A stretch of DNA of 64,000 bases from a virus: the IMG/VR virus record IMGVR_UViG_3300042923_001352, positions 7,490 through 71,489 of that record. The stretch is one strand, 5' to 3'. Below, piece after piece: positions 28,301-39,100 of this stretch; position 1 is the stretch's first letter, and each line of letters starts with the position of its first letter. The position numbers and the translations under genes were made by a program. The notes below the pieces were generated by a model that had not been told where the DNA came from, ran no database searches, and saw only the letters and a list, made by a program, of their open reading frames with translations.

Positions 28301-28599
28301 CAATATCGTACCATGCCTCAAATGGAACAATTACTTCCGTTAACACAGCAGTTATGTCTGATATAAGTACTGTACAGCATCATATAGCTTTTACAAAAGG
28401 TGCAGTATATACAGATTCTTATCAAGACAATACTAGAAACTCACACACAACGGGTGGAGGTGCTGTAGTAAGAAACTCAAACCTATTACCTGTAATAATT
28501 GGAGAAAACGGAAAATCTTTTACAATAAAGTCAATTGCAATATATAACAGAGAGTTAACACCTGCTGAACTTACACAAAATTACAATGCTTTAAAATAA
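25333..28599 (+). CDS. cassette 1 A protein: Mtd_N-like N-terminus, 4 CHB_HEX_C-like Ig repeats, 2 Fn3, LamG-like domains
   Basis: MRNIQIKRG...LSVGEFAFCTDTKELFIG; YYTxDGSxPT repeats; IAIYNRELTPAEL; true start at TAATG overlap (ORF-track start 25285 unlikely). Confidence 0.8.
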   Translation: MRNIQIKRGIKANLPALSVGEFAFCTDTKELFIGSATGNIKVHPTDGSGEATPQYIVKDSWSASGTHTLSEIMNGFNVYNSGNANLTVTINGISFVVKSKEKFEDIFDPFSQVTISATDTFYATASALESGSTNPKYSVKESFSGSSSITHNLTGAMRDFVISNDGSNSLTYIINGLTIPVLQNESDERSFDSFNQVSISATSAFRAYTRGTFASDTIAPVVTASPNGGTFNATQSLTLSTNEMSTIYYTLDGSTPTQSSTIYSTPISITTTTTVKYFAKDITGNISTIESKTFTLDTTAPIVTASVLDGTYTSTQTVTLTADEAATIYYTLDGSTPTTSSNVYSSALSISATTTLKYFGKDTAGNTSVVQTQTYTITAPDTTAPTVTISPVAGTYNATQSVTLSANETATIYYTLDGSTPTTSSTVYSTPISVSSTTTIKYFGVDSSLNASDVQTTIYTIDTVVPNPVTALTAGAPTANTIPVSWTLSDSNDVANQEVAYSTDGTNYIVASAVVNSSSTSYTVTGLSANTNYTIRVITIDGAGNSSSAVTTNATTTANVSSGYYYMNGSNSTLKTGSIAFDEIVVEFAAKFTIGFWQAIIDTRDGATYTTGRVVRKPSFGYDFFDSPFTSVTIDGGANVTNNVNFIPYGQKTILRAKTASAITRVISFFANNDSTDKTMSNVYDIKILSGGTVVAHYDFTQQASGTTVLDLSGNNNTATITNGVWVASDVTAPTVALTVPTGSYDQTQNVYLVPSEPSKVYYTMDGSVPTTSSTKWEAITAVPITNNGVTVVKAFAVDIAGNAGPVATYTYTLPSTPPPEVTGLTSSASGTTATLSWVASAGASRYEVYDGSTLVAMTKGTSCDIINLQPSTQYTFNVKALDKVMNISAGVPSTTFTTETAPAIVSTGYVASGLTHFFENIVTNSKAVGIFNTNNLLMNSDHITICMTYVGTPTATLVLRAQDPLVTGWKTRNADSRFDIANTANNQAAISYHASNGTITSVNTAVMSDISTVQHHIAFTKGAVYTDSYQDNTRNSHTTGGGAVVRNSNLLPVIIGENGKSFTIKSIAIYNRELTPAELTQNYNALK

Positions 28600-28652
28600 C
28601 ATAGATGTGGGAGGTTTTACCCTCCCTTTTCTATAAAGGAGAGTGATTATGC

Positions 28653-31600
28653 ATGCCATGGAAAAAAATTAATGAAACCAGTAGCGCTTCAAGTATTGGC
28701 GGGTTATCTGATGTTGATTTTTCAACATTACCAATTGATGGTAATGTTCTTACTTACAATGGCTCTACATCAAAATGGGAACCAGAGGTAGTAACTGGAG
28801 CGGGGGCATCAGCAGGTGAAACTTATGTTGTTGAATTAGCTAGATGGAATATTAAAAATGATGGAACCGATGCAATCAACACAACTAAAGGTATTAACGA
28901 TGCATTTATTTGGGCAAGTCAAAGTAATTACGGAATCGTTATTTTACCAGCTGGAACATATTTAATTGATAAAGATTCAAGCGTACAATTTCTAAGCAAC
29001 ACGCACTATAAGATGTATGGAGCTTTATTTATTAAAGATGCAAATGACTATTCTGGTTACGAAACTCTTGAATGTAAAAATGTAAAAAATGTTACATTAG
29101 AAGGTGGAAAACTTAAAGGTGATAGAGAACTCCATACTTATACAGCAGAAGGAACAACTCATGAATGGGGTGTTGGATTAGCTATTCGTTATTCTTGTGT
29201 TAATATTCTCGTTAAAAATATAGATTCTTATGAATTTACGGGTGATGGAGCTTATGTTGGTATGGACTTTAATGCTCTAGGCGGTATGCAACACCATGTG
29301 ATTTGGACAACGGGAACAGCTTACGCAGTAGACGTTATTGTTAATAATGTTGCTATTTCAAAATCATACAAGTGTATAATAAAGGGATCAGGGACAAGCA
29401 CCATTCAACCTTCACACGATACAGGTATTGTAGCGTTAGCTGATGGATATTCATGGCAATATAATGGTGTATTAACTGGTACTCACTTCTCTAAAGGTGA
29501 TATTGATCCTGCTACTGGTAATATCGATGCTACAAAAACCGATTATACAACCGTTAATAAGTTTTTTGATGTAACCGGTACAACCGTTAAAGAAATAGGA
29601 TATGTTTACTATGCGGGTGATGGATTTGGTGGTTATGGTACTGGAATGAATCTTAATAAAGTACCTATTAAAGTTCATTTTTACAAAAATGATAATACCT
29701 ATTTGGGCTCCAGATGGACTCGATCATATGAATTTACTTATTTAGAAAGTATGCCACTCGGAACTCAAAAGATAAGATATTCTTACTATCAAAATTATGA
29801 CTTGATGAGCGGTAATTTACATTATGTAATGTGTGCTAGAATACCACATCATATTACTTTTTATAACTGTAGATTCTTTAGAAATAGACGTTTAGGTACG
29901 GCTGCTGAAGGCAGATATCTTACTTATGATAGCTGTCAAATGTTTGACAATGCTACTCCGATGCCTGTATCAACTGGATGCTGGCCAGCTATGGGTATTG
30001 ACATAGAAGATGGTTATCATTCTAATCAAAAGATTACTTTGCGAAATTGTAGAATTTATGATAATCACAATGGTGGGTTTATGTGTGTTAGTACAAGAGG
30101 GGTATATCTGGTTTCTAACACAATTTATGGTGGTATGACATTTGGTGGCCAAGGTGATGACTATTATTCTAATCAAAACTCTTATTATGGTGGTTTAGTG
30201 CGTGGTGGATCTATAACAAGTGGAGTAGAGAAAGATGGAACTTATTGCATATTTAGAAATGACTCTATGTTTAATGCATCAGCGTCTGGTGGTGGTAACA
30301 TAACTTTTGATGGATGTGTGTTTACCAAATCAAGTCTTACAGTTAATGGTGGACCTGGAAATACCTGTAAAATATTCAATTGTAAAATGACAACAGACAA
30401 AAATAATGGTGCTTTAACAATTGGCGATGGAGCATATGTAATCATAAGAGATAGTCTCTTTGATCTTAGAGGCGGAACGTTGGTCGCAAGTAATTGTGAT
30501 TATCTTGAGATTTCAAATTGCAGATTTTGGTTAGGTGACCCAATAATGGGAATTGCGGGTGGTACTTTAACTAGAGCAAAGACATTAGTAATGACTAGAA
30601 GCGAATTGATAAATCGAGCAATAGAGCCTTGTTACCTTTATATTTATGCAACTGAGAACTTAAAAATAGAAAACACAATCTTTAAGAATCATTCAATGCG
30701 TATTACAGCTGGCGGATTAGGGACACAAATAGCCAAAGACTATGGATATGTGAACAACTATTTCAAAAATAACAGAGTTATATGGGATTTACCAGTAGGG
30801 ACACATGCTCATGAAGCAATGAACCCTGGTGTTTCTATACTAAATTTCCCTAGACTGGAAGTTACTAATAATAAAATAGAGATGTATCATAAAGGGACAA
30901 ATTTACCTTCTCACATAAATTTTAGAGTTTATGTTGAAGAATTTTTGAACTTTTCTAATAATGTCATAGCAACTTATGACAACATTGGAGGTTCAACAAC
31001 TAGTTCAAAAGTACAACTAACTTCAGCTTATAGAGCTGCTGGTGCATCAAAACCATTTAATTCAGTTATGATTAATAAGGACAATGAATTTCTTAACGCC
31101 GGATCAATTGAAATAACAAATAGCTTAAAATCACAATTGGGAACTTATTCATATGGTTCTACACCTCCGGTAACAGCATCAAACGCAGAGCCAACAACTG
31201 GGCAATTTAAATTAGGTCAAGAAATTAAAAACTTAAATCCAGTAGCAGGCGGTTATTTAGGCTGGGTTTGTACGACTGAGGGTTTTTTAGATTCAAACCC
31301 GTGGGAAGTTAATAAATTTTATTTTCATGGAGATAGAATTGCAGTAGGGAATAAAGTTTATAATGCAACAATAGATAATGCAAGAACATTTACCGATCAA
31401 CCTACGTTTCCAACAATAGTTGGTAATAAGGTTAAAGATACTGTTCCAGCCGGTACTTTGGCATGGACTACTGGAATGACTATATCGGCAAACCAATTGA
31501 TTGTACCAACAACCTATGGAAGCGCAGGCGGTACAAACCCCTCTCCTGGCAATCATGTTTTTAAAGCTAGAGCTGCAGGAACTACAGGAGCTACTGAACC

Positions 31601-31724
31601 AGTATGGAGAACCGACACCTATGCATCAGATAACGGAATACTTTGGGACGTTATTAAAATTCAAGAATGGCAATGTGTAGGTGATAAAGGAATAATCAAA
31701 CCTTATGGGTTAATATCGGGATAA
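28653..31724 (+). CDS. cassette 1 B protein: right-handed beta-helix (pectin-lyase-like) depolymerase/tailspike-like
   Basis: GINDAFIWA...VILPAGTYLI, HEWGVG, FTGDG, GIDIEDG, Asn ladders, GGYLGWVCT C-terminal module. Confidence 0.75.
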   Translation: MPWKKINETSSASSIGGLSDVDFSTLPIDGNVLTYNGSTSKWEPEVVTGAGASAGETYVVELARWNIKNDGTDAINTTKGINDAFIWASQSNYGIVILPAGTYLIDKDSSVQFLSNTHYKMYGALFIKDANDYSGYETLECKNVKNVTLEGGKLKGDRELHTYTAEGTTHEWGVGLAIRYSCVNILVKNIDSYEFTGDGAYVGMDFNALGGMQHHVIWTTGTAYAVDVIVNNVAISKSYKCIIKGSGTSTIQPSHDTGIVALADGYSWQYNGVLTGTHFSKGDIDPATGNIDATKTDYTTVNKFFDVTGTTVKEIGYVYYAGDGFGGYGTGMNLNKVPIKVHFYKNDNTYLGSRWTRSYEFTYLESMPLGTQKIRYSYYQNYDLMSGNLHYVMCARIPHHITFYNCRFFRNRRLGTAAEGRYLTYDSCQMFDNATPMPVSTGCWPAMGIDIEDGYHSNQKITLRNCRIYDNHNGGFMCVSTRGVYLVSNTIYGGMTFGGQGDDYYSNQNSYYGGLVRGGSITSGVEKDGTYCIFRNDSMFNASASGGGNITFDGCVFTKSSLTVNGGPGNTCKIFNCKMTTDKNNGALTIGDGAYVIIRDSLFDLRGGTLVASNCDYLEISNCRFWLGDPIMGIAGGTLTRAKTLVMTRSELINRAIEPCYLYIYATENLKIENTIFKNHSMRITAGGLGTQIAKDYGYVNNYFKNNRVIWDLPVGTHAHEAMNPGVSILNFPRLEVTNNKIEMYHKGTNLPSHINFRVYVEEFLNFSNNVIATYDNIGGSTTSSKVQLTSAYRAAGASKPFNSVMINKDNEFLNAGSIEITNSLKSQLGTYSYGSTPPVTASNAEPTTGQFKLGQEIKNLNPVAGGYLGWVCTTEGFLDSNPWEVNKFYFHGDRIAVGNKVYNATIDNARTFTDQPTFPTIVGNKVKDTVPAGTLAWTTGMTISANQLIVPTTYGSAGGTNPSPGNHVFKARAAGTTGATEPVWRTDTYASDNGILWDVIKIQEWQCVGDKGIIKPYGLISG

Positions 31725-31775
31725 TATAAGTGAGGGATCTAAATGATCCCTCTATATTTAAAGGAGGAATTAAAA

Positions 31776-31985
31776 ATGAATGAGAACACTATAATTATTC
31801 ATCCAAAAGAGTTGAGTGTTTTTAAAGACATGGTTTTTGAGGGTTACTCTAGAGAAATTATTAATTCAGTTGAACTTACGGAAGAAGAGATACGAGAGTG
31901 GATATTAACTAGACCAGAATTAGGAAATACAGAGATGGTACGAACTCGTCCAATTAGGGTAACTTATATTGACAGTCTTATTTAA
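31776..31985 (+). CDS. small hypothetical protein (possible fibre chaperone)
   Basis: AAGGAGG RBS before ATG 31776; flanked by hairpins. Confidence 0.6.
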   Translation: MNENTIIIHPKELSVFKDMVFEGYSREIINSVELTEEEIREWILTRPELGNTEMVRTRPIRVTYIDSLI

Positions 31986-32044
31986 TTTAAAGTAAAGAAA
32001 TTATTAAAAAGCATCTAAATGAATAGATGCTTTTTAATTTGATC

Positions 32045-32174
32045 TTTTTAATAATTAATAACATTAAAATAATTCTTATAATAAAAAACTATTAGCTAGA
32101 TATTAAAATTACGCATAGATAAAACACTTGTGTTTTATAGATATAAATAAATAATTTGTAAGAGAGGTGTTTTT
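32045..32174 (+). repeat. repeated cassette leader, copy 1
   Basis: Closely similar to 39660-39787 and 45885-46013; contains ATAAAACAC-TT-GTGTTTTAT, TATAAATA and AGAGAGGTG RBS. Confidence 0.85.
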
Positions 32175-35100
32175 ATGACAAAAATTCAAATTAAACGAGG
32201 CCTTAAATCTGAACTACCTACTCTAAGTGTTGGAGAACTTGGATATTGTACCGATACAAAAGAAGTGTTTATTGGTTCATCAACAGGTAATGTCTTAGTT
32301 AATAGTGGTGGTGAAGTTTTATATGTAACAAAATACTCTTGGAATACTACAGGTACTCGTGCCATATCTGGTGGTGCATGCAGATTATTTATTCACAATA
32401 CAGCCGAAACCGACTTAACATATACGGTAAATGGTCTCTCGATGACAGTCAAGCCAGCAGAACAAATTGATGAAGTGTTTGATACCTTTACTCAAGTTAT
32501 AATAAACGCTACTGGAACATTTCACGCTGACGCTTATGCTTTAAAGTTAGGTTCTCCTAATCCTATGTTTAGTGTCAAAGATATGTTTTCTGGTTCTACA
32601 AACATATCTAGATCATTAAGCGGAGCTTCATATGGAGTAGTAATGAGTAACGATAGCACTCTTCCTCTAACATATACAGTAAATGGAATTACTATAACGG
32701 TTGAACCAGGAGATGTATCGGAGAGATATTTTGATGCATTTACACAAATGTCGGTGACTCCTAGCGGACCATACAGATCTTTTATAAAGAGTTTATTTCT
32801 ATCATCAGTGTCTGGCGACACTACAGATGTTACAGCTCCAGTAATATCAGCTAATTCCAGCGGTGGAACGTTTTCAACTTCTCAAGTAATAACATTAACA
32901 TCGAATGAAGCAGCCACTATTTATTATACGATTGATGGATCAACTCCGACCGTATCAAGCACTGTGTATAGTACTCCTATAACTATATCTTCAAATTCCT
33001 CATTAAAGTTTATTGGTAAGGATACAGCTGGTAATATGAGTAATCCTCAAACGATAAATTTTGTAATTGATACAGTTCTTCCAACAGTTGCTATTTCACC
33101 AGGCGCTGGAGCATTTGCAAGTGCTCAGACGGTAACATTAACTCCCAGCGAAACAGCTGCAATTTATTATACTTTAGACGGCTCTACACCTACTCAAAGT
33201 AGCTTAGTATATTCAACACCTATTTCAGTAAGCTCCACTACTACAATTAAGTATTTTGCAAAAGATACGGCGGGTAATATTGGAACAGTACAAAGTACTA
33301 CATTTACTATTGATAACTCGCCCCCAGTAATAACAGCTTCGCCTAACGGTGGATTATTTAATACTACACAAAACGTAACATTATCTTCAAATGAAACAGC
33401 TACTATATATTATACAATTGATGGCAGTACCCCAACTCAAGGTAGTTCTGTGTATTCAACGCCTATACCAATTAGTGCTACTACAACATTGAAATATATT
33501 GGAAAGGATTCAGTAGGTAATGTTAGTACACCGAATTCAGTAGAATTTACTATAGACGCTACTGCACCTACAATTACAGCGTCTCCATTGTCGGGATCAT
33601 ACGAATCTGTTCAAAACGTAACATTAACTACCAATGAGACTGCAACTATATACTACACATTGGATGGTTCAACTCCTACACAAAGTAGCGCAACTTATAG
33701 TTCTCCAATCAACGTATCTACTTCTATGACTATTAAGTGTTTCGCTAAAGATACTGCAGGTAATGTAAGCTCTATACAAGATGAAGAGTATATAATTGAT
33801 GTGGCTGATACTACTCCACCAGTAGTATCAATAAGTCCGAATGGCGGAACATTCAATTCATCGCAGACAGTTACCATCTCAGCCAACGAACCATCAACCA
33901 TATATTACACTCTAGATGGTAGTGAACCTACTGAAAGTAGTTCAATTTATAGTACTCCAATTACAGTAACAAGTACATCAACTCTAAAGGTAATAGCAAA
34001 AGATACGGCGGGTAATATAACACCAATTCCGACTTCAGCTAATTTTACAATCATTATTACAACATATTCATTACTGATGAATGGTACAAGTGATTATATT
34101 CAGTTACCCTCCATGTCTTTTGATTCCATAGTGTTAGATGTAGCTTATATATTTAACTCTGCAGGTAAATCAACGGCTCAATATTATTTAGATGCTAGAG
34201 CTGGAGTAGCGAATGGTACCTTCCTTAGAACGTCAACTGGAGGTTCTCCTCCAGTAAACATAGACCAATATGGAACAGGGTTTAATGGCGTTCGTGTTGA
34301 CAATATGGTTAAAACTAATAGCACTAGATATCTTAGTTCGGGCAAGAGATCAACAATAAAATTAACCACAGCTAGTGTTGTGACTGACGATATCACTATA
34401 TTTACAGATAACGCTAAAACGGCAAATCAATTTACTGGTGGTAATATATACGACATTAAATTATACAGTGGTGCAACCCTTGTAGCACACTATGATTTTA
34501 CTGCACAATTTGCTGGAACAAATATTACTGATGCTAGCGGTAATGGACGTACAGCTACTCTAAATGGTGGAACTTGGGTTCCAAATCCTAATCCATCAGA
34601 TATAACGGGACCATCTATTATTTTAACTCCAGTTGCTGGAACATATTATGTTGGAGCTACGCAAAAAGTAACTATAAATTCAAATGAAGTCTCTACTATC
34701 TATTATACTCTTGATGGGTCTACACCAACAACTAGTAGTACTTTATATGATGTACCAATATCACTAAACGCAGATACTGTAACTACTATTAAATATCTAG
34801 CTGTAGATGCAGTTGGTAATCAAACTACTGGTAATGGAACCTTTACGATAAACAAATTAACCGTGTCTATGTCTCCACCACCAGGAACGTATACAAGTTC
34901 ACAACCAATTACGTTTACAACTAATGACCCTAGCATTACTATGACTAGTGGTAGTTTGCAAATTTTTTATACAACTGCAGGAACAGGAACACCAAGCACT
35001 TTTGCTAATACTACTCCACTTACAATATCAACTTCAGCGACATATAGAGTTTATGCAAAACACAATGGAACAGGTGAATTATCAGACGTTACGTCATTTG

Positions 35101-36089
35101 TGTATGTAATAAATGATACAATAGCACCGACTATCACAGCTTCACCTGCGGGAGGTGCTTACACTACTTCGCAGGCTGTAAAACTAATTAGTGATGAAGC
35201 GGCAACTACTATATATTATACTACTGATGGCTCCACACCAACGACTTCCAGCACAATATATACTAATGCCATTGCAATTAATGAAAACACTGTTTTAAAG
35301 TATTTTGGTAAGGATCTAAACAACAATGCCGGCACAGTTCAGACTCAAACTTATGATGTAACTATAGCACCTATAACGACCGTAACTTCAGGTTTAGTTC
35401 ATAGCTTTGATTTTAGTACTGGTAGTGGTACTCAAAATGTATTAGCAGACTCAATTGGAAATTTAGTGTTCGGTCTTAACAACTATAAATATGATGGTTC
35501 AGATGGATGGATAGCTAGTAAGGGTCTTAAGTCATTTAATACTTATAATGCTTTTGCTAGCATTCTTGACGCAACTAAACTTGCAATATCAAACGGCACC
35601 TCATCAACTTTTGTATGGTATGGAGAGTATAATAGTCAATATGGTGGCGGTTATTTAAGAAGTACTAATAATAATACAATAGCTGTAGGTACTCCTGAAT
35701 CCACTACATGGGGACGTTTTGAATTAGGGCAATTTAGCGTTGGAGCAAGCTTTGTGCATGCTAAAGCTTTATACAGAGATAATGTAGGTGGCGCTGCAAA
35801 TGGTACTAGTGTAGATATTATTCAGGGTAATCCATCTACCACAGCAACGGATTGGTCCAACAATACTCCAGCAGTCTTAACGTTAACCTTAGATGCTACA
35901 AACAAAATTATATCATTGTATTTCAATGGTACGTTAAAAAATTCTATTAGTGTTACTGCTCCACCGAAATATGATGGTCTTCAAATAGTAGCATCAGTCC
36001 ATACTATTCACGCATTAACTATCTACAACAGGGTTTTAACTAGTGGAGAAATTACTCAAACATCTGCTGAAATGTTGGCAAGACCATAA
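32175..36089 (+). CDS. cassette 2 A protein: Mtd_N-like, 7-8 CHB_HEX_C-like Ig repeats, LamG-like domains
   Basis: MTKIQIKRGLKSELPTLSVGELGYCTDTKE; seven clear YYTxDGSxPT repeats; LTIYNRVLTSGEI. Confidence 0.8.
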   Translation: MTKIQIKRGLKSELPTLSVGELGYCTDTKEVFIGSSTGNVLVNSGGEVLYVTKYSWNTTGTRAISGGACRLFIHNTAETDLTYTVNGLSMTVKPAEQIDEVFDTFTQVIINATGTFHADAYALKLGSPNPMFSVKDMFSGSTNISRSLSGASYGVVMSNDSTLPLTYTVNGITITVEPGDVSERYFDAFTQMSVTPSGPYRSFIKSLFLSSVSGDTTDVTAPVISANSSGGTFSTSQVITLTSNEAATIYYTIDGSTPTVSSTVYSTPITISSNSSLKFIGKDTAGNMSNPQTINFVIDTVLPTVAISPGAGAFASAQTVTLTPSETAAIYYTLDGSTPTQSSLVYSTPISVSSTTTIKYFAKDTAGNIGTVQSTTFTIDNSPPVITASPNGGLFNTTQNVTLSSNETATIYYTIDGSTPTQGSSVYSTPIPISATTTLKYIGKDSVGNVSTPNSVEFTIDATAPTITASPLSGSYESVQNVTLTTNETATIYYTLDGSTPTQSSATYSSPINVSTSMTIKCFAKDTAGNVSSIQDEEYIIDVADTTPPVVSISPNGGTFNSSQTVTISANEPSTIYYTLDGSEPTESSSIYSTPITVTSTSTLKVIAKDTAGNITPIPTSANFTIIITTYSLLMNGTSDYIQLPSMSFDSIVLDVAYIFNSAGKSTAQYYLDARAGVANGTFLRTSTGGSPPVNIDQYGTGFNGVRVDNMVKTNSTRYLSSGKRSTIKLTTASVVTDDITIFTDNAKTANQFTGGNIYDIKLYSGATLVAHYDFTAQFAGTNITDASGNGRTATLNGGTWVPNPNPSDITGPSIILTPVAGTYYVGATQKVTINSNEVSTIYYTLDGSTPTTSSTLYDVPISLNADTVTTIKYLAVDAVGNQTTGNGTFTINKLTVSMSPPPGTYTSSQPITFTTNDPSITMTSGSLQIFYTTAGTGTPSTFANTTPLTISTSATYRVYAKHNGTGELSDVTSFVYVINDTIAPTITASPAGGAYTTSQAVKLISDEAATTIYYTTDGSTPTTSSTIYTNAIAINENTVLKYFGKDLNNNAGTVQTQTYDVTIAPITTVTSGLVHSFDFSTGSGTQNVLADSIGNLVFGLNNYKYDGSDGWIASKGLKSFNTYNAFASILDATKLAISNGTSSTFVWYGEYNSQYGGGYLRSTNNNTIAVGTPESTTWGRFELGQFSVGASFVHAKALYRDNVGGAANGTSVDIIQGNPSTTATDWSNNTPAVLTLTLDATNKIISLYFNGTLKNSISVTAPPKYDGLQIVASVHTIHALTIYNRVLTSGEITQTSAEMLARP

Positions 36090-36153
36090 TTGTAGTGGAG
36101 CAATTGCTCCACTAATTTTAACTTAAAACAAATATAAATGGGGTGCTAATTAT

Positions 36154-39100
36154 ATGACTTTAAAGAAAAGACCAGCTGGATTGGGTAATACTGACATTAC
36201 CACAGTACCACCCGTGGAGGGAAATGTTCTCAAATATACTAATGGTATGTGGAGACCATCACCATCAACCGGAAGTTCATATGTTATTGAGTTGTCTAGA
36301 TGGGGTATAACTGAAGGATTACCATCTAAAAGAATAGAAAACATAGGTGGAGTTGACGTTAATTGCTATTCCGATTCAGATTATGCTAAAGCTAAGGCTA
36401 ATGTCTTAGGTATGACTGCTGCTATCAAATGGGCTGGAAATAATGGATACACTGAAGTCGTTATGCCTTTTGGATCATATGCTATATGTCATAGTAAGTT
36501 AAACCGTGTGGACTCTGATAATAGTATTGTCATTAGTTCTAGCAATATGATTATTGATTTTAATAAATCTACATTCAAGGTTATATTTGATTCAGGTAAA
36601 CGTTCTCCATATCATAAAATGACACTAGATAATGGTGCAACTTGGGTAACTAGTACAGATGAACCATTTTGGATGGGCGGAATTTCTATTGTTATAAGAG
36701 ACTGTAGTTTTACACAACTTAAAAATGGCATTTTGATAGGAGATAAAATTGATAGAGACTTTACAGCACAAAAGGAAAAGGCTAATGAGTGGAGTGTTGG
36801 TATAGCAGCTGGAGGCAATTGTAAATATATTAATATATCAAACATGGATGTAAGTTTCTACATGGGTGATGCTATAAGCACCAGCGTAGGCAGTAACGCT
36901 TTTGTTAAAACTAGCTATGACATGGCATGGGCATTAGGAAAAATAGATGCCACAGGTGCCGTTGTGACTTCCACTACTCACTGTGTGTCTGGATTTGTAC
37001 CAGTAGCTGCTAAAACTCCACATTTTTTACATGGCTACGGAAACACTCAGGGCATGACAGAGTTGAAAAACAGGAGATACACAGCATACATGTATGATGC
37101 TAATAAAGTTTACATCACCAGTAGAACTCAATTTGTTTTAAGGGACTTTACTACAACCAAATCTACAGCCTTTGTTAGGTTGGTTGTAGAGGAATCCAGT
37201 CTTGATCCGTTTATTCAGGGTAGTAGTACTGGTGGATGGGAAATGATACTTAAAACAGGATTCTATGGTAACTATCTGACCTATGAAAACAATTATATAC
37301 ACCACAATCATAGAGGTGGACTAACTCCTGGTGTTAATGATATGTTTATAATTAATAACTGGTTCTATAACAATGGTGAGGAATACGATTATGAGAATAA
37401 CTTGCCAGGGTTTGAACAAGAGAATGGTCAAACATATCTAACAAGATACCACATAAACATGGAGGATACTCAAGGCTTCAATCAGCAAATCATAGGTAAC
37501 AAATTTGACAACGGAAGAATTAGTATAGCAATAAGATGTTACGATGTCACCATGAGAGACAACATATTCAAAAATAACATAGCAATTATCTACAGGGTGC
37601 AACACGCTATAATAAAAGATAATCACTTTGATAACGCTGGATTTGATACCTACCCTTATGCTACCGCTTATAACGCTTATCAAGATTATATACGTAATTG
37701 GAGAGTGGAGGGTAACTTATTTGAGGGAGATTTCAAAATTTCTGGTGCAGCTTTAGTACAGTCTATATCCAATAATACCTTTACTGGTATGATGAGTCTA
37801 GATTGTCCTGTATCAATATTTAAAAATAATGCATTCAGAGTAGACAAAGACGTAAATTTCACAGACGTCCTTACATTGAAAACAGTTCCCTATATGGAAG
37901 GATGCTCATTTGTAAAGAAAGATCAAAGTGCAGTGCTTAACTCTATATATATAGAAGGGGCAGTACTTAATAATTGTACATTTAAGAATCTAAAAGTCAA
38001 AGTTAAGAATTTAATCTTAAAGGATAGCATTATTACAGACTCTGGATTCGATATAGCAGATGGTGAGTTAAAAATGGATAATTGTAAGATAAATAGTGGC
38101 ACTTATTCATTAAAAAACAATTATATGATAAACCCTGAAAATTCGGCTGTAGTAAACGTTGCTCATAATACTAACTCTATATTAGTGGAAATTAAAAATT
38201 CTAGCATTGTTTCTAGTAACGCTCATGCAATATTTGGAAGTGCTAGCAATGTTCAAACAAATGCTAAACTTAAACTAGATAATACAAAAATTACTAGACA
38301 AGTTAACAATAAGTTGGGCATAGGTATATTTGGTAATGTACTTGATTTTACAAACTCTGTAATTACTAGTGACGTAGCAGCTACAGCAATTACTCCTAAC
38401 GCAGCGCATATACACAAATTTGTTGATTGCACATTTACAAATGTTTCATTCAATACCAAACCAACAGATATTAAATATACTCAACAAGATGTATTGAAGA
38501 CTACTAATTTTGGAGAAAGTGGTGGAGCGTTAACCTATAAGGGTTCTCTAGTAGCTGGTACAAATGCCACAGCTATTGATAGACAAACTCTTAATCTGTA
38601 TAATAAAGCACTATTGGTTACTGGTACGCATCATGATAATACTAATGGAAATGTAGTTGCTGGTGGTTATGAGACCCATAAGATACCAGTTAAGCCTGGA
38701 TATAATTACGTTTTTAATAAAGGCGATGGTATTTCCATGCAGTATAGTTTCTATGATGTTAATGATGTGTATATAACGGGTGCATCAAATTCAAGAGCTA
38801 AAGCTCCCGCTAATGCTCGCGGCTTATATGTATATATACCAAGTATTGCTGTATCTGATGCATTAATGGTTATGGAAACCACTAACATATTTGCAGATTA
38901 TGTACCTAACACTCAAAAATATCTTAGTACACAGCCAGTACAAGGATGGTACCGTTCTAAATGGTTTGAAAAGACATGGTGGGTACTTGGAGATAGCATA
39001 AGTACTGGTCTAGGCGATGGTGCAGGTGCAAGTAACGTATATGCCAATAAACCATATGCATATTTGTTAGGTAGAGATAGAAGTATAAAAATTCAAAATG